DNA of 64,000 nucleotides from the human T2T-CHM13v2.0 reference genome, Homo sapiens. The stretch lies in assembly GCF_009914755.1 (NCBI RefSeq), contig NC_060933.1; one strand, given 5' to 3'. Under the pieces are notes generated by a model. That model made no database searches. It worked only from the letters and a program-made list of their open reading frames with translations, and was not told the DNA's origin. Of this stretch, positions 27,601 through 43,009 are shown one piece after another (position 1 is the stretch's first letter; every line of letters begins with the position of its first letter). Both the position numbers and the translations under genes were made by a program.

Positions 27601-30600
27601 GGGTTAATTCCATTCCATTCTATTCCATTCCATTCCATTCCATTCCATTGCAATGGAGTTGATTCCATTCCATTCCATTCCATTCCGGATGATTCCATTC
27701 CATTGCATTCCATTCCATTCCATTCCCCTGCACTCGTGTTGATTCCATTCCCTTCCATTCCATTCCATTCCGTTCCATTCCATTCCATTCCATTCTATTC
27801 CGGTTAATTCCATTCCATTCCATTCCATTCCATTCCATTCCATTACAATCTAGTTGATTCCATTCCATTCCTTTCCATTCCATTCCATTGCCTTGCATTC
27901 CACTCGGGTTGATTCCATTCCCTTCTTTACACTCCATTACATTCCCTTCCATGATTGATTCCATTCCATTCCATTCCATTTCATTCCATTGCAATCCATT
28001 CCAATCCATTCCATTCCATTCCATTCCATTCAATTCCATTCCATTACAATTCGTTCCATTCCATTCTATTCCGTACCATTCCATTCCATTCCATACCATT
28101 CCATTCCATTCCATTCCATTCCATTCCGTTCCATTCCGTTCCATTCCATTCCATTCCATTCTATTTGGGTTAATTCCATTCCATTCCATTCGATTGCAAT
28201 CGAGTTGATTCCATTCCATTGCATTCCATTCCATTCCATTCCATTCCATTCCATTCCTTTCCATTCCATTACGGATGATTCCATTCCATTGCATTCCATT
28301 CCATTCCATTCCCCTGTACTCGGGTTGATTCCATTCCATTCCATTCCAATCCATGCCATTCCACTCGTGTTGATTCCATTCTTTCCATTCCATTCAAGTT
28401 GAATCCATTCCATTGCATTCCATTCCATTCCATTCCCCTGCAGTCGGGTTGATTCCATTCCATTCAATTCCATTCCATTCCATTCCATTCCAATCAAGTT
28501 GATTCCATTCCATTCCATTCCATTGCATTCCATTCCATTCCACTCCATTCCAGTCCTTTCCATTCATTCCACTCAGGTTGACTCCAATGTATTCCTTTCC
28601 ATTCCATTCCATTCCACTGCAATCGAGTTGATTCCATTGCTTTGCATTCCATTCCATTCCATTCCATTCCGGATGATTCCATTCCATTGCATTCCATTCC
28701 ATTCCATTCCCCTGCACTCGGGTTGATTCCATTCCATTCCCCTCCATTCCATTCCTTTCCATTCCATTCCATTGTATTCGGGTTAATTCCATTCCATTCC
28801 ATTCCATTCCATTCCATTCCATTCCATTACAATCGAGTTGATTCCATTCCATTCCATTCCATTCCAGTCCTTTCCATTCCATTCCACTCTGGTTGATTCC
28901 ATTCTATTAGTTTCCATTCCATTCCATTCCCTTCCATTGTATTCGGGTTAATTCCATTCCATTCCATTCCATTCCATTCCATTCCATTCCATTCCATTCC
29001 ATTACAATCGAGTTGATTCCATTCCATTCCATTCCATTCCAGTCCTTTCCATTCCATTCCACTCGGGTTGATTCCATTCTATTAGTTTCCATTCCATTCC
29101 ATTCCCTTCCATTCCACTCTTGTTGATTCCATTCCTTTCCATTCCACTCGAATACATTCCCTCCTATTCCACTCGGAACGATTCCATTCCATTCCATTCC
29201 ATTCCATTCCATTCCATTCCATTCCATTTCGTTCCATTCCATTCTATTCCGTATCATTCCATTCCATTCCATTCCATTAAATTCCATTCCATTCCATTGT
29301 ACTCAGGTTGATTCCATTCCATTGCCTTCCATTCCATTCCATTCCATTCCATTCCGTTGCATTCCATTCCATTACATTCGAATTGATTCTATTCAACTCC
29401 CTTACTCTCCATTACATTCCATTCCATTCGGGTTGTTCCATTCCATTCCATTCCATTCCACTCCATTCCATCGCACTCGGGTTGATTCCATTCCATTCCA
29501 TTCCATTCCATTCCATTCCATTCCATTCCATTCCGGATGATTCCATTCCATTGCATTCCATTCCATTCCATTCCCCTGCACTCGGGTTGATTCCATTCCA
29601 TTCCACTCCATTGCATTCCATTCCATTCCATTCCATTGTATTCGGGTTAATTCCATTCCATTCCATTCCATTCCATTCCATTCCATTCCAATCGAGTTGA
29701 TTCCATTCCATTCAATTCCATTCCAGTCCTTTCCATTCCATTCCACTCGGGTTGATTCCATTCTATTTGTTTCCATTCCATTCCATTCCCTTCCATTGTA
29801 TTCGGGTTAATTCCATTCCATTCCATTCCATTCCATTCCATTCCATTCCATTACAAACGAGTTGATTCCATTCCATTCCATTCCATTCCAGTCCTTTCCA
29901 TTCCATTCCACTCGGGTTGATTCCATTCTATTAGTTTCCATTCCATTCCATTCCCTTCCATTCCACTCTGGTTGATTCCATTCCTTTCCATTCCACTCGA
30001 ATACTTTCCCTCCTATTCCACTCGGAACGATTCCATTCCATTCCATTCCATTCCTTTCCATTCAATTCCATTTCGTTCCATTCCATTCTATTCCGTATCA
30101 TTCCATTCCATTCCATTCCATTCCATTCCATTCCATTCCATTCCATTCCATTGTACTCGGGTTGATTCCATTCCATTGCATTCCATTCCATTCCATTCCA
30201 TTCCATTCCATTCCGTTGCATTCCATTCCATTACATTCGGATTGATTCTATTCAACTCCCTTACTCTCCATTACATTCCATTCCATTCGGGTTGTTCCAT
30301 TCCATTCCATTCCATTCCACTCCATTCCATTGCACTCGGGTTGATTCCATTCCATTCCATTCCATTCCATTCCGGATGATTCCATTCCATTGCATTCCGT
30401 TCCATTACATTCCCCTGCACTCGCGTTGATTCCATTCCATTCCATTCCATTCCATTCAATTCCATTCCATTACAATTCGTTCCATTCCATTCTATTCCGT
30501 ACCATTCCATTCCATTGCTTACCATTCCATTCCATTCCATTCCATTCCATTCCGTTCCATTCCGTTCCATTCCATTCCATTCCATTCTATTCGGATTAAT

Positions 30601-32425
30601 TGCATTCCATTCCATTTCATTCCATTCTATTCCATTCCATTGCAATCGAGTTGAATCCATTGCATTTCATTCCATTCCATTCCATTCCATTCCATTCCGG
30701 AAGTTTCTATTCCATTGCATTCCATTCCATTCCATTCCCCTGCACTCGCGTTGATTCCATTCCATTCCATTCCATTCCATTCCGTTCCGTTCCATTCCAT
30801 TGCATTCCATTCCGTTCCGCTCCATTCCATTCCATTCCATTCTATTCGGGTTAATTCCATTCCATTCCATTCGATTGCAATCGAGTTGATTCCATTCCAT
30901 TCCATTCCATTCCATTCCATTCCTTTCCATTCCATTACGGATGATTCCATTCCATTGCATTCCATTCCATTCCATTCCCCTGTACTCGGGTTGATTCCAT
31001 TCCATTCCATTCCAATCCATGCCATTCCACTCCTGTTGATTCCATTCTTTCCATTCCATTCAAGTTGATTCCATTCCATTGCATTCGATTCCATTCGATT
31101 CCATTGGATTGCACTCGGGTTGATTCCATTCCATTGCATTCCATTCCATTCCATTCCATTCCATTCCATTCCATTCCGTTCCATTCCATTCCATTACATT
31201 CGGATTGATTCTATTCAATTCCCTTACACTCCATTACATTCCATTCCATTCGGGTAGTTTCCATTCCATTCCATTCCATTCCTCTCCATTCCATTGCACT
31301 CGGGTTGATTCCATTCCATTGCATTCCATTCCATTCCATTCAATTCCATTCCGTTCCATTCCATTCCATTACATTCGGATTGATTCTATTCAACTCCCTT
31401 ACTCTCCATTACATTCCATTCCATTCGGGTTGTTCCATTCCATTCCATTCCATTCCACTCCATTCCATTGCACTCGGGTTGATTCCATTCCATTCCATTC
31501 CATTCCATTCCATTCCGGAAGATTCCATTCCATTGCATTCCGTTCCATTCCATTCCCCTGCACTCGCTTTGATTCCATTCCATTCCATTCTATTCCATTC
31601 CATTCCCTTCCTTTCCGTTCCATTCCATTCCATTCCATTCCATTCCATTCCGTTCCGTTCCATTCCATTCCATTCCATTCTATTCGGGTTAATTCCATTC
31701 CATTCCATTCGATTGCAATCGAGTTGATTCCATTCCATTCCATTCCATTCCATTCCATTCCATTCCTTTCCATTCCATTACGGATGATTCCATTCCATTG
31801 CATTCCATTCCATTCCATTCCCCTGTACTCGGGTTGATTCCATTCCATTCCATTCCAATCCATGTCATTCCACTCGTGTTGATTCCATTCTTTCCATTCC
31901 ATTCAAGTTGAATCCATTCCATTGCATTCCATTCCATTCGATTCCATTTGATTGCACTCGGGTTGATTCCATTCCATTGCATTCCATTCCATTCCATTCC
32001 ATTCCATTCCATTCCATTCCATTCCATTCCATTACATTCGGATTGATTCTATTCAATTCCCTTACACTCCATTACATTCCATTCCATTCGGGTAGTTTCC
32101 ATTCCATTCCATTCCTCTCCATTTCATTGAACTCGGGTTGATTCCATTCCATTGCATTCCATTCCATTCCTTTCCATTCCGTTCCATTCCATTCCATTAC
32201 ATTCGGATTGATTCTATTCAACTCCCTTACTCTCCATTACATTCCATTCCATTCGGGTTGTTCCATTCCATTCCATTCCATTCCACTCCTTTCCATTGCA
32301 CTCGGGTTGATTCCATTCCATTCCATTCCATTCCATTCCATTGCGGAAGATTCCATTCCATTGAATTCCATTCCATTCCATTCCCCTGCACTCGCGTTGA
32401 TTCCATTCCATGCCATTCCATTCCA

Positions 32426-32460
32426 TTCCGTTCCGTTCCGTTCCGTTCCGTTCCGTTCCG
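32426..32460 (+). repeat. (TTCCG)7 variant-pentamer run
   Basis: Seven consecutive TTCCG units replace TTCCA. Confidence 0.9.
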
Positions 32461-35400
32461 TTCCATTCCATTCCATTCCATTCCATTCCGTTCCGTTCCA
32501 TTCCATTCCATTCCATTCTATTTGGGTTAATTCCATTCCATTCCATTCGATTGCAATCGAGTTGATTCCATTCCATTCCATTCCATTCCATTCCATTCCA
32601 TTCCATTCCATTCCTTTCCATTCCATTACGGATGATTCCATTCCATTGCATTCCATTCCATTCCATTCCCCTGTACTCGGGTTGATTCCATTCCATTCCA
32701 TTCCAATCCATGCCATTCCACTCGTGTTGATTCCATTCTTTCCATTCCATTCAAGTTGAATCCATTCCATTGCATTCCATTCCTTTCCATTCCCCTGCAG
32801 TCGGGTTGATTCCATTCCATTCCATTCCATTCCATTCCATTCCATTCCATTCCATTCCGTTCCGTTCCATTTAATTCCATTCCATTCTATTCGGGTTAAT
32901 TCCATTCCATTCCATTCCATTCCATTCCATTCCATTCCATTGCAATCAGTTGATTCCATTGCATTCCATTCCATTCCATTCCATTCCATTCCATTCCATT
33001 CCATTCCGTTCCGTTCCGTTCCGCTCCGTTCCATTCCATTCCATTCCATTCCATTCCTTTCCATTCCATTCCATTCGGATTCATTCTATTCAATTCCCTT
33101 ACACTCCATTACAATCCATTCGATTCGTGTAGTTTCCATTCCATTCCATTCCATTCCTCTCCATTCCATTGCACTCGGGTTGATTCCATTCCATTCCATT
33201 CCATTCCATTCCATTACATTCCATTCCATTCCGGATGATTCCATTCCATTGAATTCCATTCCATTCCATTCCCCTGCACTTGGGTTGATTCCATTCCATT
33301 CCATTCCATTCCTTTCTTTTCCATTCCATTCCATTCCATTCCATTCTATTCGTGTTAATTCCATTCCATTCTATTCCATTCCATTCCATTGTAATCGAGA
33401 TGATTCCATTGTTTTGCATTCCATTCCATTCCATTCCATTCCGGATGTTTCCATTCCATTGCATTCCATTCCATTCCATTCCCCTGCACTCGGGTTGATT
33501 CCATTCCATTCCACTCCATTCCATTCCATTCCATTCCATTCCATTGTATTCGGGTTACTTCCATTCCATTCCATTCCATTCCATTCCATTACAATCGAGT
33601 TGATTCCATTCCATTCCATTCCATTCCAGTCCTTTCCATTCCATTCCACTCGGGTTGATTCCATTCTATTAGTTTCCATTCCATTCCATTCTCTTCCATT
33701 GTATTCGGGTTATTTCCATTCCATTCCATTCCATTCCATTCCATTCCATTCCATTACAAACGAGTTGATTCCATTCCATTCCATTCCATTCCAGTCCTTT
33801 CCATTCTATTCCACTCGGGTTGATTCCATTCTATTAGTTTCCATTCCATTCCATTCCCTTCCATTCCACTCTGGTTGATTCCATTCCTTTCCATTCCACT
33901 CGAATACATTCCCTCCTATTCCACTCGGAACGATTCCATTCCATTCCATTCCATTCCATTCCATTCCATTCCATTCCATTCCATTCCATTCCATTTCGTT
34001 CCATTCCATTCTATTCCGTATCATTCCATTCCATTCCATTCCATTCCATTCCATTCCATTGTACTCGGGTTGATTCCATTCCATTGCATTCCATTCCATT
34101 CCATTACATTCCATTCCGTTGCATTCCATTCCATTACATTCGGATTGATTCTATTCAACTCCCTTACTCTCCATTACATTCCATTCCATTCGGGTTGTTC
34201 CATTCCATTCCATTCCATTCCACTCCATTCCATTGCACTCGTGTTGATTCCATTCCATTCCATTCCATTCCATTCCATTCCATTCCGGATGATTCCATTC
34301 CATTGCATTCCGTTCCATAACATTCCCCTGCACTCGCGTTGATTCCATTCCATTCCATTCCATTCCATTCCATTCAATTCCATTCCAATACATTTCGTTC
34401 CATTCCATTCTATTCCGTACCATTCCATTCCATTCCATACCATTCCATTCCATTCCATTCCATTCCATTCCATTCCGTTCCATTCCGTTCCATTCCATTC
34501 CATTCCATTCCATTCTATTCGGATTAATTCCATTCCATTCCATTCCATTCCATTCTATTCCATTCCATTGCAATCGAGTTGAATCCATTGCATTTCATTC
34601 CATTCCATTCCATTCCGGAAGTTTCCATTCCATTGCATTCCATTCCATTCCATTCCCCTGCACTCGCGTTGATTCCATTCCATTCCATTCCATTCCATTC
34701 CGTTCCGTTCCATTCCATTCCATTCCATTCCGTTCCGTTCCATTCCATTCCATTCCATTCTATTCGGGTTAATTCCATTCCATTCCATTCGATTGCAATC
34801 GAGTTCATTCCATTCCATTCCATTCCATTCCATTCCGTTCCATTCCATTCCATTACATTCGGATTGATTCTATTCAATTCCCTTACACTCCATTACATTC
34901 CATTCCATTCGGGTAGTTTCCATTCCATTCCATTCCATTCCTCTCCATTCCATTGCACTCGGGTTGATTCCATTCCATTGCATTCCATTCCATTCCTTTC
35001 AATTCCATTCCGTTCCATTCCATTCCACTACATTCGGATTGATTCTATTCAACTCCCTTACTCTCCATTACATTCCATTCCATTCGGGTTGTTCCATTCC
35101 ATTCCATTCCATTCCAATCCATTCCATTGCACTAGGGTTGATTCCATTCCATTCCATTCCATTCCATTCCATTCCATTCCATTCCGGAAGATTCCATTCC
35201 ATTGCATTCCATTCCATTCCATTCCCCTGCACTCGCGTTGATTCCATTCCATTCCATTCTATTCCATTCCATTCCCTTCCTTTCCGTTCCATTCCATGGC
35301 ATTCCATTCCATTCCATTCCGTTCCGTTCCATTCCATTCCATTCCATTCTATTCGGGTTAATTCCATTCCATTCCATTCGATTGCAATCGAGTTGATTCC

Positions 35401-38400
35401 ATTCCATTCCATTCCATTCCATTCCATTCCATTCCTTTCCATTCCATTACGGATGATTCCATTCCATTGCATTCCATTCCATTCCATTCCCCTGTACTCG
35501 GGTTGATTCCATTCCATTCCATTCCAATCCATGCCATTCCACTCGTGTTGATTCCATTCTTTCCATTCCATTCAAGTTGAATCCATTCCATTGCATTCCA
35601 TTCCATTCGATTCCATTCGATTGCACTCGGGTTGATTCCATTCCATTGCATTCCATTCCATTCCATTCCATTCCACTCCATTCCATTCCATTCCGTTATA
35701 TTCCATTCCATTACATTCGGATTGATTCTATTCAATTCCCTTACACTCCATTACATTCCATTCCATTCGGGTAGTTTCCATTCCATTCCATTCCATTCCT
35801 CCCCATTCCATTGCACTCGGGTTGATTCCATTCCATTGCATTCCATTCCATTCCATCCCATTCCATTCCGTTCCATTCCATGCCATTACACTCGGGTTGA
35901 TTCCATTCCTTTCCATTCCATTCTTGTTGAATCCATTCCATTCCATTCCATTCCATTCGAATCCATTCCATTGCACTCGGGTTGATTCCATTCCATTCCA
36001 TTCCATTCCATTCCATTCCATTTCATTCCATTCCATTCCATTACATTCGGATTGATTCTATTCAATTCCCTTACACTCCATTACATTCCATTCCATTCGG
36101 GATGTTTCCATTCCATTCCATTCCATTCCATTCCATTCCATTGCATCAGGTTGATTGCATTCCATTCCATTCCATTCCATTCCGGATGATTCCATTCCAT
36201 TGCATTCCACTCCATTCCATTCCCCTGCACTCGGGTTGATTCCATTCCATTCCATTCCATTCCATTCCATTTCATTCCGTTCAATTCCATTCCATTCCAT
36301 TCTATTCCTGTTAATTCCACTCCATTCCGTTCGATTCCATTCCATTCCATTGCATTCCATTGCAATCGAGTTGATTCCATTCCATTCCATTCCATTCCGT
36401 TCCGGATGATTCCATTCCATTCCATTCCATTCCATTCCATTCCATTCCATTCCCCTGCAGTCGGGTTGATTCCATTCCATTCCATTCCATTCCATTCCAT
36501 TCCGTTCCATTCCATTCCATTCCATTCTATTCGGGTTAATTCCATTCCATTCCATTCCATTCCATTACAATCGAGTTGATTCCATTCCTTTCCATTCCAT
36601 TCCATTCCACTCCATTCCAGTCCTTTCCATTCCATTACACTCGGGTTGATTCCATTCTATTCCTTTCCATTCCATTCCATTCCATTGCAATCGAGTTGAT
36701 TCCATTGCTTTGCATTCCATTCCATTCTATTCCATTCCGGATGATTCCATTCCATTGCATTCCATTCCATTCCATTCCCCTGCACTCGGGTTGATTCCAT
36801 TCCATTCCACTCCATTCCGTTCCATTCCATTCCATTCCATTGTATTCGGGTTAATTCCATTCCATTCCATTCCGTTCCATTCCATTCCATTACAATCGAG
36901 TTGATTCCATTCCATTCCATTCCATTCCATTCCATTCCATTCCAGTCCTTTCCATTCCATTCCACTCGGGTTGATTCCATTCTATTAGATTCCATTCCAT
37001 TCCATTCCCTTCCATTCCACTCTGGTTGATTCCATTCCTTTCCATTCCACTCGAATACATTCCATCCTATTCCACTCGGCACGATTCCATTCCATTCCAT
37101 TCCATTCCATTCCATTCCATTCCAGTTCGTTCCATTCCATTCTATTCCGTACCATTCCATTCCATTCCATTCCTTTCCATTCCATTCCTTTCCACTCGTG
37201 TTGATTCCATTCCTTTCCATTCCATTCGGTTTGAAAGTATTCCATTCCATTCAATTCCATTCCATTCCATTCCATTCCATTCCATTCTATTCCATTCCAT
37301 TGCAATCGAGTTGAATCCATTGCCTTTCTTTCCATTCCGTTCCATTGCATTCCATTCCGGAAGATTCCATTCGATTGCATTCCATTCCATTCCATTCCCC
37401 TGCACTCGCGTTGATTCCATTCCATTCCATTCCATTCCATTCCGTTCCGCTCCATTCCATTCCATTCCGTTCCATTCCATTCCGTTCCGTTCCATTCCAT
37501 TCCATTCCATTCCATTCCATTCCATTCCTTTCCATTCCATTACGGATGACTCCATTCCATTGCATTCCATTCCATTCCATTCCCCTGTACTCGGGTTGAT
37601 TCCATTCCATTCCATTCCACTCCATTCGGTTCCGTTGCATTCCATTCTATTGCATTCCATTCTATTCGGGTTAATTCCATTCCATTCTATTCCATTCCAT
37701 TCCATTCCATTCCATTGCAATGGAGTTGATTCCATTCCATTCCATTCCATTCCGGATGATTCCATTCCATTGCATTCCATGCCATTCCATTCCCCTGCAC
37801 TCGTGTTGATTCCATTCCCTTCCATTCCATTCCATTCCGTTCCATTCCATTCCATTCCATTCTATTCCGGTTAATTCCATTCCATTCCATTCCATTCCAT
37901 TCCATTCCATTCCATTCCATTGCAATCGAGTTGATTCCATTCCATTCCTTTCCAATCCATTCCATTGCCTTGCATTCCACTCGGGTTGATTCTATTCCCT
38001 TCTTTCCACTCCATTACATTCCCTTCCATTCCACTCGGAATGATTGATTCCATTCCATTCCATTCCATTATATTCCATTGCAATCCATTCCAATCCATTC
38101 CATTCCATTCCATTCCACTCGAGTTGACTTCATTCCATTCCTTTCCATTCCATTCCATTCCTTTCCACTCGAGTTGATTCCATTCCATTCCATTCCATTG
38201 CATTCCATTCCATGCCATTCCACTCGGGTTGATTCCATTCCTTTGCAATCCATTCCATTCCATTCCATTCCATTCCATTCCATTCCATTCCGGATGATTC
38301 CATTCCATTGCACTCCGTTCCATTACATTCCCCTGCACTCGCGTTGATTCCATTCCATTCCATTCCATTCCACTCAATTCCATTCCATTACAATTCGTTC

Positions 38401-40579
38401 CATTCCATTCTATTCCGTACCATTCTATTCCATTCCATACCATTCCATTCCATTCCATTCCATTCCATTCCATTCCATTCCGTTCCGTTCCATTCCGTTC
38501 CATTCCGTTCCATTCCATTCCATTCTATTCGGGTTAATTCCATTCCATTCCATTCCATTCCATTGTATTCCATTCCATTGCAATCGAGTTGAATCCATTG
38601 CATTTCATTCCATTCCATTCCATTCCATTCCATTCCGGAAGATTCCATTCCATTGCATTCCATTCCATTCCATTCCCCTGCACTCACGTTGATTCCATTC
38701 CATTCCATTCCATTCCATTCCATTCCATTCCATTCCGTTCCGTTCCGTTCCATTCCATTCCATTCCATTCCATTCCATTCCGTTCCGTTCCATTCCATTC
38801 CATTCCATTCTATTCGGGTTAATTCCATTCCATTCCATTCGATTGCAATCGAGTTGATTCCATTCCATTGCATTTCATTCCATTCGATTCCATTCGATTG
38901 CACTCGGGTTGATTCCATTCCATTGCATTCCTTTCCATTCCATTCCATTCCATTCCACTCCATTCTAGTCCTTTCCATTCCATTCCACTCGGGTTGATTC
39001 CAATGTATTCCTTTCCATTCCATTCCATTCCATTGCAATCGAGTTGATTCCATTGCTTTGCATTCCATTCCATTCCATTCCATTCCGGATGATTCCATTC
39101 CATTGCATTCCATTCCATTCCATTCCCCTGCACTCGGGTTGATTCCATTCCATTCCACTCCATTCCGTTCCTTTCCATTCCATTCCATTGTATTCGGGTT
39201 AATTCCATTCCATTCCATTCCATTCCATTCCATTCCATTCCATTCCATTACAATCGAGTTGATTCCATTCCATTCCATTCCATTCCAGTCCTTTCCATTG
39301 CATTCCAATCGGGTTGATTCCATTCTATTAGTTTCCATTCCATTCCATTCCCTTCCATTCCACTCTGGTTGATTCCATTCCTTTCCATTCCACTCGAATA
39401 CATTCCCTCCTATTCCACTCGGAACGATTCCATTCCATTCCATTCCATTCCATTCCATTCCATTCCATTTCGTTCCATTCCATTCTATTCCGTATCATTC
39501 CATTCCATTCCATTCCATTCCATTCCATTCCATTCCACTCGTGTTGATTCCATTCCTTTCCATTCCATTCGGTTTGAAGGCATTCCATTCCATTCCATTC
39601 CATTCCATTCCATTCCATTCCATTCCATTACATTACATTGTACTCGTGTTGATTTCATTCCATTGCATTCCATTCCATTCCATTCCGTTGCATTCCATTC
39701 CATTACATTCGGATTGATTCTATTCAACTCCCTTACATTCCATTACATTCCATTCCATTCGGGTTGTTCCATTCCATTCCATTCCATTCCACTCCATTCC
39801 ATTGCACTCGGGTTGATTCCATTCCATTCCATTCCATTCCATTCCATTCCATTCCATTCCATTCCGGATGATTCCATTCCATTGCATTCCGTTCCATTAC
39901 ATTCCCCTGCACTCGCGTTGATTCCATTCCATTCCATTCAATTCCATTCCATTACAATTCGTTACATTCCATTCTATTCCGTACCATTCCATTCCATTCC
40001 ATACCATTGCATTCCATTCCATTCCATTCCATTCCGTTCCATTCCGTTCCATTACATTCCATTCCATTCTATTCGGGTTCATTCCATTCCGTTCCATTCC
40101 ATTCCATTCTATTCCATTCCATTGCAATCGGGTTGAATCCATTGCATTTCATTCCATTCCATTCCATTCCATTCCATTCCGGAAGATTCCATTCCATTGC
40201 ATTCCATTCCATTCCATTCCCCTGCACTCGCGTTGATTCCATTCCATTCCATTCCATTCCATTCCGTTCCGTTCCATTCCATTCCATTCCATTCCATTCC
40301 ATTCCATTCCGTTCCTTTCCATTCCATTCCATTCCATTCTATTCGGGTTAATTCCATTCCATTCCATTCGATTGCAATCGAGTTGATTCCATTCCATTGC
40401 ATTTCATTCCATTCGATTCCATTCGATTGCACTCGGGTTGATTCCATTCCTTTGCATTCGTTTCCATTCCATTCCATTCCATTCCATTCCATTCCATTCC
40501 ATTCCATTCCGTTCCATTCCTTTCCATTACATTCGGATTGATTCTATTCAATTCCCTTACACTCCATTAGATTCCATTC

Positions 40580-40750
40580 CATTCGGGTAGTTTCCACTCC
40601 ATTCCATTCCATTTCTCTCCATTCCATTGCACTCGGGTTGATTCCATTCCATTGCATTCCATTCCATTCGGGTAGTTTCCACTCCATTCCATTCCATTCC
40701 TCTCCATTCCATTGCACTCGGGTTGATTCCATTCCATTGCATTCCATTCC
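40580..40750 (-). repeat. 85-bp tandem duplication
   Basis: CGGGTAGTTTCCACTCC at 40584 and 40669. Confidence 0.85.
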
Positions 40751-41045
40751 ATTCCATTCAATTCCATTCCGTTCCATTCCATTCCATTACATTCGGATTG
40801 ATTCTATTCAACTCCCTTACTCTCCATTACATTCCATTCCATTCGGGTTGTTCCATTCCATTCCATTCCATTCCACTCCATTCCATTGCACTCGGGTTTA
40901 TTCCATTCCATTCCATTCCATTCCATTCCGGAAGATTCCATTCCATTGCATTCCATTCCATTCCTTTCCCCTGCACTCGCGTTGATTCCATTCTATTCCT
41001 TTCCATTCCATTCCATTCCATTCCTTTCCGTTCCATTCCATTCCA

Positions 41046-41080
41046 TTCCGTTCCGTTCCGTTCCGTTCCGTTCCGTTCCG
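41046..41080 (+). repeat. (TTCCG)7 variant-pentamer run
   Basis: Seven consecutive TTCCG units. Confidence 0.9.
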
Positions 41081-43009
41081 TTCCATTCCATTCCATTCCA
41101 TTCCATTATATTCGGGTTAATTCCATTCCATTCCATTCGATTGCAATCGAGTTGATTCCATTCCATTCCATTCCATTCCATTCCATTCCATTCCTTTCCA
41201 TTCCATTACGGATGATTCCATTCCATTGCATTCCATTCCATTCCATTGCCCTGTACTCGGGTTGATTCCATTCCATTCCATTCCAATTCCTGCCATTCCA
41301 CTCGTGTTGATTCCATTCTTTCCATTCCATTCAAGTTGAATCCATTCCATTGCATTCCATTCCACTCCATTCCCCTGCAGTCGGGTTGTTTCCATTCCAT
41401 TCCATTCCAATCCATTCCATTCCATTCCATTCCGTTCCATTCCATTCCATTCCATTCTATTCGGGTTAATTCCATTCCATTCCATTCCATTCCATTCTAT
41501 TCCAATCGAGTTGATTCCATTCCATTCCATTCCATTGCATTCCACTCCATTCCAGTCCTTTCCATTCCATTCCACTCGGGTTGATCCCAATGTATTCCTT
41601 TCCATTCCATTCCATTCCATTGCAATCGAGTTGATTCCATTGCTTTTCATTCCATTCCATTCCATTCCATTCCGGATGATTCCATTCCATTGCATTCCAT
41701 TCCATTCCATTCCCCTGCACTCGGGTTGATTCCATTCCATTCCACTCCATTCCGTTCCATTCCATTCCATTGCATTGTATTCAGGTTAATTCCATTCCAT
41801 TCCATTCCATTCCATTCCATTCCATTCCATTCCATTCCATTCCATTACAATCGAGTTGATTCCATTCCATTCCATTCCATTCCAGTCCTTTCCATTCCAT
41901 TCCTCTCGGGTTGATTCCATTCTATTAGTTTCCATTCCATTCCATTCCCTTCCATTCCACTCTGGCTGATTCCATTCCTTTCCATTCCACTCGAATACAT
42001 TCCCTCCTATTCCACTCGGAACGATTCCATTCCATTCCATTCCATTCCATTCCATTCCATTCCATTCCATTCATTTCGTTCCATTCCATTCTATTCCGTA
42101 TCATTTCATTCCATTCCATTCCATTCCGTTCCATTCCATTCCATTGTACTCGGGTTGATTCAATTCCATTGCATTCCATTCCATTCCATTCCATTCCGTT
42201 CCATTCCATTCCGTTGCTTTCCATTCCATTACATTCGGATTGATTCTATTCAACTCCCTTACTCTCCATTACATTCCATTCCATTCGGGTTGTTCCATTC
42301 CATTCCATTCCATTCCACACCATTCCATTGCACTCGGGTTGATTCCATTCCATTCCATTCCATTCCATTCCGTTCTGGATGATTCCATTCCATTGCCTTC
42401 CGTTCCATTACATTCCCCTGCACTCGCGTTGATTCCATTCCATTCCATTCCATTCCATTCCATTCCATTCAATTCCATTCCATTACAATTCGTTCCATTC
42501 CATTCTATTCCGTACCATTCCATTCCATTCCATACCATTCCATTCCATTCCATTCCATTCCATTCCGTTCCATTCCGTTCCATTCCATTCCATTCCATTC
42601 TATTCGAATTAATTCCATTCCATTCCATTCCATTCCATTCTATTCCATTCCATTGCAATCGAGTTGAATCCATTGCATTTCATTCCATTCCATTCCATTC
42701 CATTCCATTCCGGAAGATTCCATTCCATTGCATTCCATTCCATTCCATTCCCCTGCACTCGCGTTGATTCCATTCCATTCCATTCTATTCCATTCCATTC
42801 CGGATGATTCCATTCCATTGAATTCCATTCTATTCCATTCCCCTGCACTTGGGTTGATTCCATTCCATTCCATTCCATTCCTTTCTGTTCCATTCAATTC
42901 CATTCCATTCCATTCTATTCGTGTTAATTCCATTCCATTCTATTCCATTCCATTCCATTGAAATCGAGTTGATTCCATTCCATTCCATTCCATTCCATTC
43001 CATTCAATT

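Noticed and set aside
1-33900. Giant perfect palindrome (fold-back duplication) centred at 16,952
   Set aside because: Exact symmetry ends after 12 bp, and variant-motif order on the two sides is not mirrored.
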